Virus record (IMG/VR): IMGVR_UViG_3300022074_000042 | Span: 1 to 58,225 of that record | Length of the DNA stretch: 58,225 nt | Reading direction: 5' to 3' (one strand) | DNA from: a virus | Taxonomy: Duplodnaviria; Caudoviricetes | Shown here: positions 1 to 8,862 of the stretch, piece after piece | Layout: the number at the start of each line of letters is the position of its first letter | Position numbering within the stretch: position 1 is the stretch's first letter | Notes under the pieces: generated by a model | Databases searched by the model: none | Seen by the model: only the letters and a program-made list of their open reading frames with translations | Told to the model about the DNA's origin: nothing | Made by a program: the position numbers and the translations under genes

Positions 1-783
1 GGCTTATATTCAAAGCCTCCTGAAAAAACTCAAATATTTATAAATGATAAGAGGGATAAAATTTCACAAAATAATAATTTAAATGTAAACACACAAAAGA
101 ACATTATCGATATGGAACTTGAAAATACTCTAAATGAATTGAAGGATCTTCTAAATGAGAAGAAATTCTCAAAGGAAGCTGTCGCTTCCATGACTGATAC
201 CTTTGCTGATGCAATCCGTCAACGGGACGAACAGTACCGTAAGGATCTCGAAGCAGAGAGATTGGAAAAAGAAGATAAAATTAAAGAATACGAAGACCTT
301 AAAGCTTCTGTAAAGGCGCTTGAGGAAAAACTGGGAGACGCTAGCGAGCGTATTTCTGGTTATGAAAATGAGGAAAAAGCTCAAAAAGCTATTGCTTCAT
401 TTAACACTCGTATGGACCAAATTGACGAGAAATTCGAACTTGATGATCAAGATCGTGAGTTTCTCGCCTCTGAACTGAAAACTTTAGATGATGATGCTTC
501 TTACGAAGCTTTCGCTTCTAAGCTCGATGTTCTTTGGAAACATAAGAACAAAGAGGTCCAAGAAGAATTTAATTCTCAAATTCAAGCTCGTATTGATGAA
601 GAAGTAGCTAAAAAGCTCTCTACCGCTTCTGTTGAAGAAGTAAAAGTCGAAGAAGCTCTAGACGCTGCTGAACCTGTAGATGCAGAAGTTTCTAATGCAA
701 ATGAAGCTACAGCATCTCAAGAACCCTCTTTGCGGGATAAGTTTAAATCTGCTTTCTCTCGCGAAAACATTGAAATTTCTTAA
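1..783 (+). CDS. Prohead scaffold/core protein; probably the C-terminal part of a protease-scaffold gene with an internal start at 112
   Basis: Frame 1 is open from base 1 (GLYSKPPEKT...) through ATG 112 to the stop at 783. The product is an acidic coiled coil and lies directly upstream of the cement and major capsid genes. Confidence 0.7.
   Translation, partial: GLYSKPPEKTQIFINDKRDKISQNNNLNVNTQKNIIDMELENTLNELKDLLNEKKFSKEAVASMTDTFADAIRQRDEQYRKDLEAERLEKEDKIKEYEDLKASVKALEEKLGDASERISGYENEEKAQKAIASFNTRMDQIDEKFELDDQDREFLASELKTLDDDASYEAFASKLDVLWKHKNKEVQEEFNSQIQARIDEEVAKKLSTASVEEVKVEEALDAAEPVDAEVSNANEATASQEPSLRDKFKSAFSRENIEIS
61..91 (+). promoter_or_regulatory. Putative strong late promoter for the scaffold-capsid operon
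   Basis: ATTTCACAaaaTAATAATttAAaTGTAAACA matches the minus-strand element at 4851-4881 at 25 of 31 positions without gaps. Confidence 0.6.
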
Positions 784-801
784 TTTAAAACAAACAAAAT
801 T

Positions 802-1434
802 ATGGCATTACGTATTCTACCATTCAGACAATATTCTGATCATGACGTTGTGAACATGTATGCGCTCAAAGATGCGGATATTCTCACAAGCACTACTGAC
901 ACAGGCGCTGGCGATGCTGGCGTTTTCGTGAAAGTACACGACGGAAACTTCGATAACGATCCAGTAACCTACCAAACGAATACTTACTTAGGTAAGAATG
1001 ATTATCCGTTTCTTGGGACTGCTGATATGTATCCTGAAGTTAATCTCAAGATCACTACCTCTGCCTCTGGGAATGTTCCTTTGGGTATGACACTGTATCA
1101 AACTGCGAAAAACGATGAGAACGGCGAGAAGCTGCTCTACAATCCACAGAAACAAGAAGAACTGCAAGCGATGCTTCCAGGGCAAGCTGTTCCAGTTGTT
1201 ACTAAAGGAATTTTCACATTAGCAGCCGCTGCTTTTGATGGAACTACCGCTAGTTACGCTCCAGGAACTGCTATCATTGCTTCTAATAACAACGCTGGAA
1301 AAGTCACTGGTGCTGCTCGCGGCACTGCTAAAGCTTTCGGTCACGTTCTTGGAACAGGAACCCGCACAAGCGTTGGTCCTACCACTGATCAGTTTGTTGG
1401 TGATTACATCGTCGTTTCAATTGACTGCAACTAA
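802..1434 (+). CDS. Capsid decoration/cement protein
   Basis: 210 aa, Gly/Ala/Thr-rich and beta-type (GQAVPVVTKGIFTL), located between scaffold and major capsid genes. Confidence 0.55.
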   Translation: MALRILPFRQYSDHDVVNMYALKDADILTSTTDTGAGDAGVFVKVHDGNFDNDPVTYQTNTYLGKNDYPFLGTADMYPEVNLKITTSASGNVPLGMTLYQTAKNDENGEKLLYNPQKQEELQAMLPGQAVPVVTKGIFTLAAAAFDGTTASYAPGTAIIASNNNAGKVTGAARGTAKAFGHVLGTGTRTSVGPTTDQFVGDYIVVSIDCN

Positions 1435-1456
1435 TAAATAGAAAGGACTTTATAAC

Positions 1457-2623
1457 ATGAAAATTACTTTAAAAAGAACTCCAGAACAAGTCGAGCTTGT
1501 CAAAGCTATGGCTTCTCGTAACCGCTCTGTGGCATACGAGGCTCAAGTAGCACTTGCTGAATTCATCGGACCAGTTTTGGCCGAGGTTCTCAACAACGCT
1601 CCTACTGTGAGCAACCTTTTCAATTCGCTTCAATTTGATGCGGATGATAACCCAAGCATCCCGCTTGATCTTTACTACGACATCTCCGACGAAGATTACG
1701 TCAAGGTGTGGAGTCAGAGTCATGCAGGTGGTCTTCCAAGTAACCAAGTGCTCCCTACAGCTTCCGAGCTGAAGTTGGCCACTTACACTCTTGATGCCGC
1801 TGTTGACTTTGATCGCCGCTACGCAGCAAAGAGCCGCATGGATGTTGTTGGTAAGACCTTTACCCGTGTCGCACAAGAGATCCTTCTTAAGCAAGAGCGC
1901 ACTTCTGCTACTCTTCTTATGGCCTCACTTGCTGGCGCTTCGATTAGCTCTTCTCCTTTGTTCGAGAATAAGCAGATCTTCAGAACTGCTGTTGCAGACA
2001 GTGTTCTTATTGATGATTTCAATAAGCTCATGACTCTTGCGAAGCGTATTAACACTTCTTGGATTGGTGGAACTCCCACTACTCGTACTCGCGGTATCAC
2101 TGATATTGTTTGTTCTCCAGAAGTTGTTGGAAGTATCCGCGCTATGGCTTACAATCCTGTAAACACCAGTGCTGGCATAAAGACAACTGGTGGTGGTTCG
2201 GACACTTCAACCGAATCGGTTGTCGCTGCTCCTGAACAGCTCCGCAATGAGCTTTATCAGAACGCAGGTCTTGACAGCTTCATGGGTGTAAACATCTTAG
2301 AATTCAACGAGATGGGCAAAGGAGAGAAGTTTAACACTATCTTCGACACTGCCTCTGCCGCTGCAACCTATAAGACCTATGACGGTGCTAGAAACGCAGC
2401 GTTCGCAGGAGCAACTGACGAAATTATCGTTGGTGTTGATCGTACTCGCGATTCACTTATGCGTGTTGTTGCTACTGATCCAGATAGCAGCAGTGAGCTT
2501 AATCTTATCGCAGATGACCAGTATAGCGTTCGTCAGAACAAGATTGGTTACTACGGTCAGCTTGAAGAGGGACGAGTTGTTCTCGACAACCGTGTTCTCC
2601 TTGGACTTATTAAGGGAGGTTAA
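1457..2623 (+). CDS. Major capsid protein (HK97 fold)
   Basis: 388 aa, follows scaffold and cement, has an AAGGA SD and a strong terminator. The C-terminal IGYYGQLEEGRVVLDNR and the DIVCSPEVVGSIR segment are typical of HK97-fold capsid proteins. Confidence 0.8.
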   Translation: MKITLKRTPEQVELVKAMASRNRSVAYEAQVALAEFIGPVLAEVLNNAPTVSNLFNSLQFDADDNPSIPLDLYYDISDEDYVKVWSQSHAGGLPSNQVLPTASELKLATYTLDAAVDFDRRYAAKSRMDVVGKTFTRVAQEILLKQERTSATLLMASLAGASISSSPLFENKQIFRTAVADSVLIDDFNKLMTLAKRINTSWIGGTPTTRTRGITDIVCSPEVVGSIRAMAYNPVNTSAGIKTTGGGSDTSTESVVAAPEQLRNELYQNAGLDSFMGVNILEFNEMGKGEKFNTIFDTASAAATYKTYDGARNAAFAGATDEIIVGVDRTRDSLMRVVATDPDSSSELNLIADDQYSVRQNKIGYYGQLEEGRVVLDNRVLLGLIKGG

Positions 2624-2646
2624 TAACAACCCTTTCAATTATAAAG

Positions 2647-2677
2647 AAAGCCGTTCCTTCGGGAGCGGCTTTTTTTT
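2647..2677 (+). terminator. Rho-independent terminator after the capsid gene
   Basis: AAAGCCGTTCC-TTCG-GGAGCGGCTTTTTTTT: GC stem, cUUCGg tetraloop, U tract. Confidence 0.92.
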
Positions 2678-2692
2678 GTAATTTATTAATTA

Positions 2693-2704
2693 AGTGTATA
2701 TAAT
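2693..2704 (+). promoter_or_regulatory. AGTGTATA late-type motif overlapping a TATAAT box
   Basis: AGTGTATA at 2693-2700 lies 9 nt before ATG 2710. TTGTAA-17-TATAAT is also readable here. Confidence 0.45.
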
Positions 2705-2709
2705 ATTGT

Positions 2710-3159
2710 ATGGCTAAAAAGAAAACAGCTAAAAAGAAAGAAGCCCCTTTCAAAGAAGTAACTACGGGGCAAGAAAAACCTGCTAAAAAAGGTCTTCTGG
2801 AAGAATTAGAAGAACTTAGAGAAAATGGAGAGACTAGTACGGCTCGTTACAAAGAGGTTATGCAAGAAGTCGAGGTTATTTTTGGTACTGGAGAAACCAA
2901 CTCTTTTGGAACAAATGATATAGAAGTTCTTAAAGATAAGTTAAATAAAATGGGAAAAGCAGATCTGCAAGCTTTCTCTAGGAAAGTGGGAGTGAATCCT
3001 TACTATGATAAATCAGTTGTAAGAGATAATATTATTAAAGAATTTAATAGATATCAAAGCAGAGGTAATATTGCTACAGCGCCCCAACCAGTTCCAGCTA
3101 TGCAGCTAGACCCAAATAATCCAGAACATAAAGAACTTCTTGATTGGTTAAATAGTTAA
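2710..3159 (+). CDS. Hypothetical protein with a possible Rho-N/HeH-like helical domain
   Basis: 149 aa with a basic N-terminus. LNKMGKADLQAFSRKVGV...VRDNIIKEF resembles helix-extension-helix modules often found after capsid genes. Confidence 0.4.
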   Translation: MAKKKTAKKKEAPFKEVTTGQEKPAKKGLLEELEELRENGETSTARYKEVMQEVEVIFGTGETNSFGTNDIEVLKDKLNKMGKADLQAFSRKVGVNPYYDKSVVRDNIIKEFNRYQSRGNIATAPQPVPAMQLDPNNPEHKELLDWLNS

Positions 3160-3172
3160 AATACTAAAAGAT

Positions 3173-3180
3173 AGTGTAAT
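3173..3180 (+). promoter_or_regulatory. AGTGTAAT late promoter motif
   Basis: Intergenic, 7 nt upstream of ATG 3188; the motif recurs before many genes. Confidence 0.55.
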
Positions 3181-3187
3181 ACACTAT

Positions 3188-3673
3188 ATGCCGAACGTAT
3201 TAGAAGACCTTGCTTCAGGAATCGTTGTCACAGAGTTTGACGGTGACACAGGAATTGCCACTGTATCTAATGTAAGTGGTTGGTTGTTTGAAAATCTTGG
3301 ACAAGTCAATACCTATTTGTATACTAATTTCAGTGGAGCAGAAGCTTCAGGGACTTATGGTTTTATGGATATTGAGGCCCAAAGTGTATTAAAAGAACTA
3401 TACCTTTCTAATTACTACAATAAGCAAGCGAGAAACGCCCTTAGAGGCATTACAACGTCCACTGCTAGTGGAGACAACGTATTGTCTCTACGAGACGGAG
3501 AAAGCGCTGTTACGTTCGTTAATCGCAATGAGGTGTCAAAAGTATACAGAGGATTAGCCAACGACTGCATGGATAGAGTCACACAGCTATCTGCACAGTA
3601 TAATATATACCAAGCTCAACCTAGACAACTGGGTGGTATTGATGCCAGTGGAGTTGGCGTGACTTATATTTAA
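3188..3673 (+). CDS. Putative head-tail connector/adaptor
   Basis: 161 aa helical protein with a beta-hairpin (LSLRDGESAVTF) like gp6/gp15-type adaptors; positioned after the capsid genes. Confidence 0.5.
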   Translation: MPNVLEDLASGIVVTEFDGDTGIATVSNVSGWLFENLGQVNTYLYTNFSGAEASGTYGFMDIEAQSVLKELYLSNYYNKQARNALRGITTSTASGDNVLSLRDGESAVTFVNRNEVSKVYRGLANDCMDRVTQLSAQYNIYQAQPRQLGGIDASGVGVTYI

Positions 3674-3683
3674 TCTCTAAAGT

Positions 3684-3716
3684 AAAAAAGCCGCTCCCGA
3701 AGGAACGGCTTTTTTT
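3684..3716. terminator. Bidirectional terminator between convergent head and tail-tube transcripts
   Basis: AAAAAAGCCGCTCCCGAAGGAACGGCTTTTTTT has an A tract before and a T tract after the stem. It is an exact reverse-complement copy of the 2647 terminator. Confidence 0.92.
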
Positions 3717-3733
3717 AATTGGTTGAATAATTT

Positions 3734-4831
3734 TTAAACCGACACTGTTGATGCCCCACTCATGAATACTCCATGACTAGTGTCATTAGGACCACCAACA
3801 GAAGTGCTAAAGGTTAGATCTACACTCTTATTAGATCCAATTGATGAAGAGATAGACTCACTATCAAACGAGCAACCCTTTAAAGTGTAAAGAATTCCTG
3901 TTGCCCCACCATCAGTTTTAAGAGTTAGTGTAACATCTTTTTCCTGTTCATCATCTACGATGTCTGCCAAGTTTTGAGCAACTACTTCATTTACAATTGC
4001 TGATACACTAAGACTAGCAACGATTGGGAAATCAACACTACGAGCATAAGCAGATCTGCTCCCCAGACGCTCAAGAGTGCTTCGACTCATTGGAACACTA
4101 AGCGATGCGCTTTGAATATGCGCTCCCTCTGCATCATTGCCAATATCAACTAAAGTTTCACTTTCAAAATTACTAATTCCTATATTAATATTTCCTGGGC
4201 GAATAGCTGTAATAGTATTTCCTGTTTGTCCAGTAAGAGCGTTAGGTAGAGTGATATTATGATTAACAGCGTCTCCATTTACAGGGTCGATTGCTGGGCT
4301 TCCAATACTAGCAGTCGAAGAAAAAGAACGGATATTTAAAGCGTCAAAAGATACAGAAGCTGTAGGTATAGAACCAACAGCCATTTCTACAGAATAATCA
4401 GAAAGATAGCAGTTACCAACTCCAATTGCTGTGTTTGTAGCAGCAGCAGAAGATCTTGGTGGTAAATCTGCATCCGTTCCCTCTGGGGTGGTAAGGATGA
4501 TTAAGTTTCTTCCAGATCCATCAGCAAGGTGACCAGAGACAAAGCCTCCAGCAGTAGATGCTTGACCGCCAGTCGCTACGAAGAAACCTAACGCTCTTTC
4601 AGTAAACCCATCAGTTACATAGTAGCTGCAATCTGCATTCACAGTTGGAGCGTCTAGTTGAATACTGTCGAGTTTACCAAGCTGACCATACTGGTTGATA
4701 TCTTGGCGGTTAATTGAAAAACTATAGTTAGCGCTTTGTACACGCTCTAATTGTTTGTATCCATTCGCAAGGCTTGCGTCTTTGTTGATGAATAGTGCTT
4801 CTGATTGATAAATTACTCTGTTTCTGGCCAT
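3734..4831 (-). CDS. Major tail tube protein (two tandem tube domains)
   Basis: 365 aa, Ser/Gly/Ala-rich and beta-type, with its own strong promoter and terminator. Internal repeat VQSANYSFSINRQDINQYG / IQSASLSVPMSRSTLERLG. Confidence 0.7.
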   Translation of the reverse strand: MARNRVIYQSEALFINKDASLANGYKQLERVQSANYSFSINRQDINQYGQLGKLDSIQLDAPTVNADCSYYVTDGFTERALGFFVATGGQASTAGGFVSGHLADGSGRNLIILTTPEGTDADLPPRSSAAATNTAIGVGNCYLSDYSVEMAVGSIPTASVSFDALNIRSFSSTASIGSPAIDPVNGDAVNHNITLPNALTGQTGNTITAIRPGNINIGISNFESETLVDIGNDAEGAHIQSASLSVPMSRSTLERLGSRSAYARSVDFPIVASLSVSAIVNEVVAQNLADIVDDEQEKDVTLTLKTDGGATGILYTLKGCSFDSESISSSIGSNKSVDLTFSTSVGGPNDTSHGVFMSGASTVSV

Positions 4832-4850
4832 AATTAAAGATTCTTTCTTT

Positions 4851-4881
4851 TGTTTACAGTTTTATTATTAAAATGTGAAAT
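4851..4881 (-). promoter_or_regulatory. Putative strong late promoter for the tail tube gene
   Basis: Minus strand ATTTCACAtttTAATAATaaAAcTGTAAACA, near-identical to 61-91. Confidence 0.6.
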
Positions 4882-5729
4882 TATTGGAATCTAAATCTGT
4901 GTTGATCTATATCGAAATCAATAAATCCGATATAAAGCTCATTAGCTAATTCTCTTCTTGTTCTATCGCTAAGTTTAGATGTTCTTACTTTATTAATATA
5001 AAAATTAATTTGTCCTGTATGATCGTCCGTTGTTCCTGTGTAGCTGTAAGTGTTTCCTTTTAGATCACCTAGTTCTGTTGTGGGGTAATCTGCCATAGGG
5101 ATTGGAGTTATTGTTTCATCTATAGAGTCCATAAAAATAGATAAAACCCCATCTAACTGGTAAGTGTCTTCGGCTATGACTACAGCTTTAGCTTGGACTT
5201 TTGTTTCTTGCATACCGCCGAATGCATAAGGCTCATTCTCTGATTGAGAGGTAGATAAAAATATAGCTGGAACAACATCATCATATGGCTCTATGTAAGT
5301 AAGTGGGCCTGAAGGTAGCCTAGAGTTTATGGAATATTTGTTTTCCACTATTAGATCGTCCTCTGTGTCATTTGTTAAATAAACACTAAAATCTTTTACC
5401 GCAAATTCTCCTGTTATATTGGAGTCTGTCACAGAATTATTGATTAAAGCTCTTCCATTATCAAAATCTAGGACAACTCCGTCACTTCTACCAGAGAATG
5501 ATCCATTAATAAAAACTCCAGAAGGGATAGTAGCGCCTGTTATGGATGAGTCTGTAACCCATTGTTTATAGGGGCTTCCATAAGCTTTGTAGTCGGAATC
5601 CAATCTAGAATCGTCGTAATAAAAAAATTGACCAGTAGTATTGGTGTAAGCTTCTCCGTGTTTAAGAAGAAAATTATCAAACCACAAAAAGAAAGATGTA
5701 GTTAATTTATGTTGGAATTGTTCTTTCAT
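4881..5729 (-). CDS. Putative tail terminator/neck protein
   Basis: 282 aa immediately upstream of the tail tube gene. PAIFLST and C-terminal IGFIDFDI strands resemble tail-completion proteins. Confidence 0.5.
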   Translation of the reverse strand: MKEQFQHKLTTSFFLWFDNFLLKHGEAYTNTTGQFFYYDDSRLDSDYKAYGSPYKQWVTDSSITGATIPSGVFINGSFSGRSDGVVLDFDNGRALINNSVTDSNITGEFAVKDFSVYLTNDTEDDLIVENKYSINSRLPSGPLTYIEPYDDVVPAIFLSTSQSENEPYAFGGMQETKVQAKAVVIAEDTYQLDGVLSIFMDSIDETITPIPMADYPTTELGDLKGNTYSYTGTTDDHTGQINFYINKVRTSKLSDRTRRELANELYIGFIDFDIDQHRFRFQ

Positions 5730-6313
5730 TTTAACTCTTCAAATCTTTTTTTATACTTATTTATAAAACTAGAGATATACGGTCTATTCTGGAACCTGCC
5801 CCCTCTCACTTTGTTTACACGCGATTGGACCGCTGCTCCCGATCTACCCCCTTCTTTCCTTAATAAATACCCTAATCCTGATAAACCCCTCTCTATTCCT
5901 TGCGCCCAACTCCTCCCTGTAGCCCAAGGTAAAGGGGTTATGGCAAAAATTTCTTCAGCAGTAGGCAAGAAGACGTTAAAGCTAACACCTATTTGATTTC
6001 CTTTTTTTAGTTCTTTATTATAAATAAAGTTTACATTTTCTAAAGAATTTAGTATTGGCGCTATTGGTTGATCTCCTTGATCAAAGCCTATAAAAGCAAA
6101 CAAGTTACTGATTCCCCCCAATGTACCGCTTATGTTTGTGGATGTAGGGCCAGCCATAATTTCCATAGTAACAGGATCACTCAAAAACTCTTTTATCATT
6201 TCCTGTTTTATTTTTTTAAATTTATGTCTAATTATTTTTTCGGCATCTTTTCTAAGCTGTTTTGGAGCCTGTCTTTGTATTACTTGCCGAACATCTAGTG
6301 GTATTTTAGACAT
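5726..6313 (-). CDS. Putative neck protein (HK97 gp10-like position)
   Basis: Basic protein ending NRPYISSFINKY. Start moved to ATG 6313 (MSKIPLDV), 1 nt after the upstream stop, rather than 6388. Confidence 0.5.
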   Translation of the reverse strand: MSKIPLDVRQVIQRQAPKQLRKDAEKIIRHKFKKIKQEMIKEFLSDPVTMEIMAGPTSTNISGTLGGISNLFAFIGFDQGDQPIAPILNSLENVNFIYNKELKKGNQIGVSFNVFLPTAEEIFAITPLPWATGRSWAQGIERGLSGLGYLLRKEGGRSGAAVQSRVNKVRGGRFQNRPYISSFINKYKKRFEELK

Positions 6314-6314
6314 A

Positions 6315-6782
6315 TTAATCAGTAGGGCTAAGTGTAAAAGTATAAAATTGATTTGATGTAAAACCCCGTGGTTGACCATCGCTTTCAATTATAAATTTTT
6401 GCCCATCGAATTCCACTCTACGAGCTTCGCTTAAATAATTATATCCATCTTCTTTGACTGTAATTTCTACAGTCCCAGCAGGAACAACTACTTTGTTTTG
6501 AGAGCCAGCTTGTTGGGATGGGCCGTCATCAGTTAAGTAAGAGCTGTCCATATCTTTGTAATATATTCTAGCAGTAAAACTTTGAGAAACTTCTGTGTAT
6601 TCTACAGAGCTGTTCGAGCCAGTATTAGTTCTTCTATACAATGAGTTCCATGAAGAGTTAGAAGCTATTAAGGTTTTTTTAGCATTTTTATAAACAGTAA
6701 TAGTCCTTGCAAAAGTGTTGTGCAAGGTATCTGCTAAATTTCTAACTTTTGATATTTGATCGTCTGATAAAAAACCTGCCAT
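6315..6782 (-). CDS. Putative head-closure (head-tail adaptor) protein
   Basis: 155 aa beta-rich protein (RTITVYK...ARRVEFDGQKFII) resembling SPP1 gp16-type stoppers; first gene of the neck block. Confidence 0.5.
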   Translation of the reverse strand: MAGFLSDDQISKVRNLADTLHNTFARTITVYKNAKKTLIASNSSWNSLYRRTNTGSNSSVEYTEVSQSFTARIYYKDMDSSYLTDDGPSQQAGSQNKVVVPAGTVEITVKEDGYNYLSEARRVEFDGQKFIIESDGQPRGFTSNQFYTFTLSPTD

Positions 6783-6783
6783 G

Positions 6784-6811
6784 TTGATTTTTACACTTTT
6801 ATTCCTATAAT
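6784..6811 (+). promoter_or_regulatory. sigma70-like promoter TTGATT-16-TATAAT
   Basis: Divergent from and overlapping the neck promoter; upstream of ATG 6828. Confidence 0.55.
6790..6797 (-). promoter_or_regulatory. AGTGTAAA late promoter motif for the neck operon
   Basis: On the minus strand, 7 nt upstream of ATG 6782. Confidence 0.55.
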
Positions 6812-6827
6812 AAGATAGGATTAAGGC

Positions 6828-7115
6828 ATGGACGCAAAAAAAAGTTTAAATAAAAGGGCTGAATATGAAATTTCTAGCCTTTTTAAAGAAATGCTTTCTT
6901 TATTAGAGGACATGAAGGCTGATCATGATTTTCATTATGAAAAACTCTATGAGAATATCCCGAAGGAGCATCATAATGTCATAAATACAGCTAATCATTT
7001 TACTCCTCAAAAAGTCAATTGGATCAGAAAAAGAATTCTAGATCAAGGCAACGAATCTATTAGAAATTTGTATTCTGAATTAGATAATTATACAGTAAGT
7101 TTTACATTTAAATAA
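6828..7115 (+). CDS. Hypothetical protein
   Basis: 95-aa ORF with an AGGA SD-like element; fills the gap before the chaperone genes. Confidence 0.7.
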   Translation: MDAKKSLNKRAEYEISSLFKEMLSLLEDMKADHDFHYEKLYENIPKEHHNVINTANHFTPQKVNWIRKRILDQGNESIRNLYSELDNYTVSFTFK

Positions 7116-7126
7116 AGAAAAAGGTT

Positions 7127-7882
7127 ATGGCATTCAAAGAATTATATTCATTCTCTATAGATGAGGAGAAAGAAGTCGAAAAGAAAAGCACTCGCAAGAA
7201 TAAAAAAACTGGCGAAGAGACAACTATTACTAAGAAAGTAAAAGAGAAGTCTCCTGTTCAGATTAAATTAAAAAGACCTTCTAGGAGAGAGCTAGAGGAA
7301 GCGGAACTAGAATATTCCGTAGAAATGAGCCGTTGTGTTAAGAAGGGAATTCTCACAAAAGCTATGCTTTACAAGAAGTATAGCGACACTGGAGGCGTTT
7401 GGAGCGAAGACGATGCAGAAGATTACGGAAAACTTTATAAAGAAATCTTTGATATCCAAAATGAATATGTCCGATTGGAAAGTGTAGACAAAAAGACTGA
7501 TAAGCAAAAAGAAAAACTCGAATCTTTAAAAGAAGATCTCGCTAAAACTAAAAGAAAAATAGTAGACGCTGAAAGTTCGATGCAGTCACTTTTTGATCAT
7601 ACTGCTGATACAAAAGCTCAAAATAGACTACTCTTATGGTATACTATTATGTTGACTCATATTCAAAGAGAGGATGATGAAGAGCCTATCGCTTATTTCA
7701 AAGGGGAAGAATTCGATGAAAAAATGGAAGACTATTATTCTAAAGAAGATGAAGCTTCAGATTTTTATGGAGCCGTTATCAAGAAAGTAACAACTGTCTT
7801 AGCTTTTTGGTTTTTCAACCAAGCTTCCACTCCTAAAGAATTTAACAAACTTATAGAAGATCTTGAAAAAGGTAAACTTTGA
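7127..7882 (+). CDS. Putative tail assembly chaperone 1
   Basis: 251-aa charged helical protein (IKLKRPSRRELEEAE), two genes upstream of the tape measure. Confidence 0.5.
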   Translation: MAFKELYSFSIDEEKEVEKKSTRKNKKTGEETTITKKVKEKSPVQIKLKRPSRRELEEAELEYSVEMSRCVKKGILTKAMLYKKYSDTGGVWSEDDAEDYGKLYKEIFDIQNEYVRLESVDKKTDKQKEKLESLKEDLAKTKRKIVDAESSMQSLFDHTADTKAQNRLLLWYTIMLTHIQREDDEEPIAYFKGEEFDEKMEDYYSKEDEASDFYGAVIKKVTTVLAFWFFNQASTPKEFNKLIEDLEKGKL

Positions 7883-8862
7883 AGGAAGAGTTTTACATCT
7901 CTCTTGTAGGTGAAGCTTTTGATGGTTATACCAAAGCCTCATTTGAAGAGAAAGCTGTATACATAAAGCATGTAAGCATAAGAGATCAAAGATATCTCCA
8001 TAATTATTATGAAAAATACAGAGAAATTGCTCTCTGTAAAGGATTACCATCAGAGGAATATCAATTACAATATGTTAGAGATGAAGGCATTTGGAACGAT
8101 TCTGATGAATTAGCTATAGAAAACTTAAAATTTGAGATTAAAAATCTCAAACAAACAGCTAGAGCTGTATTCCTACAATCTCAAAAAGAAGACTTTTTAA
8201 ACCAAGTAGGAGAAAAGTCTAAGGAGCTAATCGCTCTGCAAGAGAAAAGGAAAGAAATTGTAGGCCAAACAGCAGAGACTTATGCTGAAATTAGAAGCGG
8301 TGATGAAATATTAAGATTTTTATTGTTTAAAAATAAAGAATTAACAGATCATTTATATTCTGAAGAAGAGTTTGGCGAGTTAGAGTCTTGGCAAATTTTA
8401 AAATTGAGCGAAATCCACAGAGAGGTTCAAAAAAGATTAACTGACTCTACGATACAAAAAGCGGTTTTAAGGCCATTTTTTAGCATGTATCTTTCTTTGT
8501 GCGAAGATGTCAATGGTTTCTATGGTAAGCCGATAACCGAGTTAACTATATATCAATTAAGAGTGGTTCTTTTTGGAAGGATGTTCCATAACATATTCCA
8601 ATATACTGAAAACATCCCAGATCATATTAAGGATGACCCTGAAAAACTGCTGTCTTATTCAGAGTCTCAAAGAAATGGTGACAAGAATTCTGGTGGTATA
8701 AAAGACGATGCAGATGCCTCTGCTGTTTTTGGAGCGACAAGAGAAGATATGCAGAATCTAAAAGCTCAAAAGGGAAATGTCTCCTTATCTGAAGAGGCAA
8801 AAAAGGCTGGTGGCAAGTTAGATATGAAACAAATGATGCGATTAGCTGGGCATGATGTGTAA
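7879..8862 (+). CDS. Putative tail assembly chaperone 2
   Basis: 327-aa helical protein with a TTG start overlapping the upstream TGA. FYGKPITELTIYQL resembles gpT-like segments; directly before the tape measure. Confidence 0.45.
   Translation: MKEEFYISLVGEAFDGYTKASFEEKAVYIKHVSIRDQRYLHNYYEKYREIALCKGLPSEEYQLQYVRDEGIWNDSDELAIENLKFEIKNLKQTARAVFLQSQKEDFLNQVGEKSKELIALQEKRKEIVGQTAETYAEIRSGDEILRFLLFKNKELTDHLYSEEEFGELESWQILKLSEIHREVQKRLTDSTIQKAVLRPFFSMYLSLCEDVNGFYGKPITELTIYQLRVVLFGRMFHNIFQYTENIPDHIKDDPEKLLSYSESQRNGDKNSGGIKDDADASAVFGATREDMQNLKAQKGNVSLSEEAKKAGGKLDMKQMMRLAGHDV

Noticed and set aside
6331-6338. AGTGTAAA on the plus strand inside the neck genes
   Set aside because: It is antisense to coding sequence with no credible downstream gene; probably a chance match, which also shows the motif has a background rate.
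6314-6388. N-terminal extension of ORF 5726-6388 in the ORF track
   Set aside because: It overlaps the upstream gene by 74 nt; ATG 6313 directly follows that gene's stop.
7861-7890. Programmed frameshift joining the two tail chaperones (second ORF is in the -1 frame; CTT TGA resembles the RF2 +1 site)
   Set aside because: The -1 frame has stops at 7864 and 7873 and no XXXYYYZ heptamer after them, and the +1 frame closes after about ten codons. A coupled TTG start is the simpler explanation.
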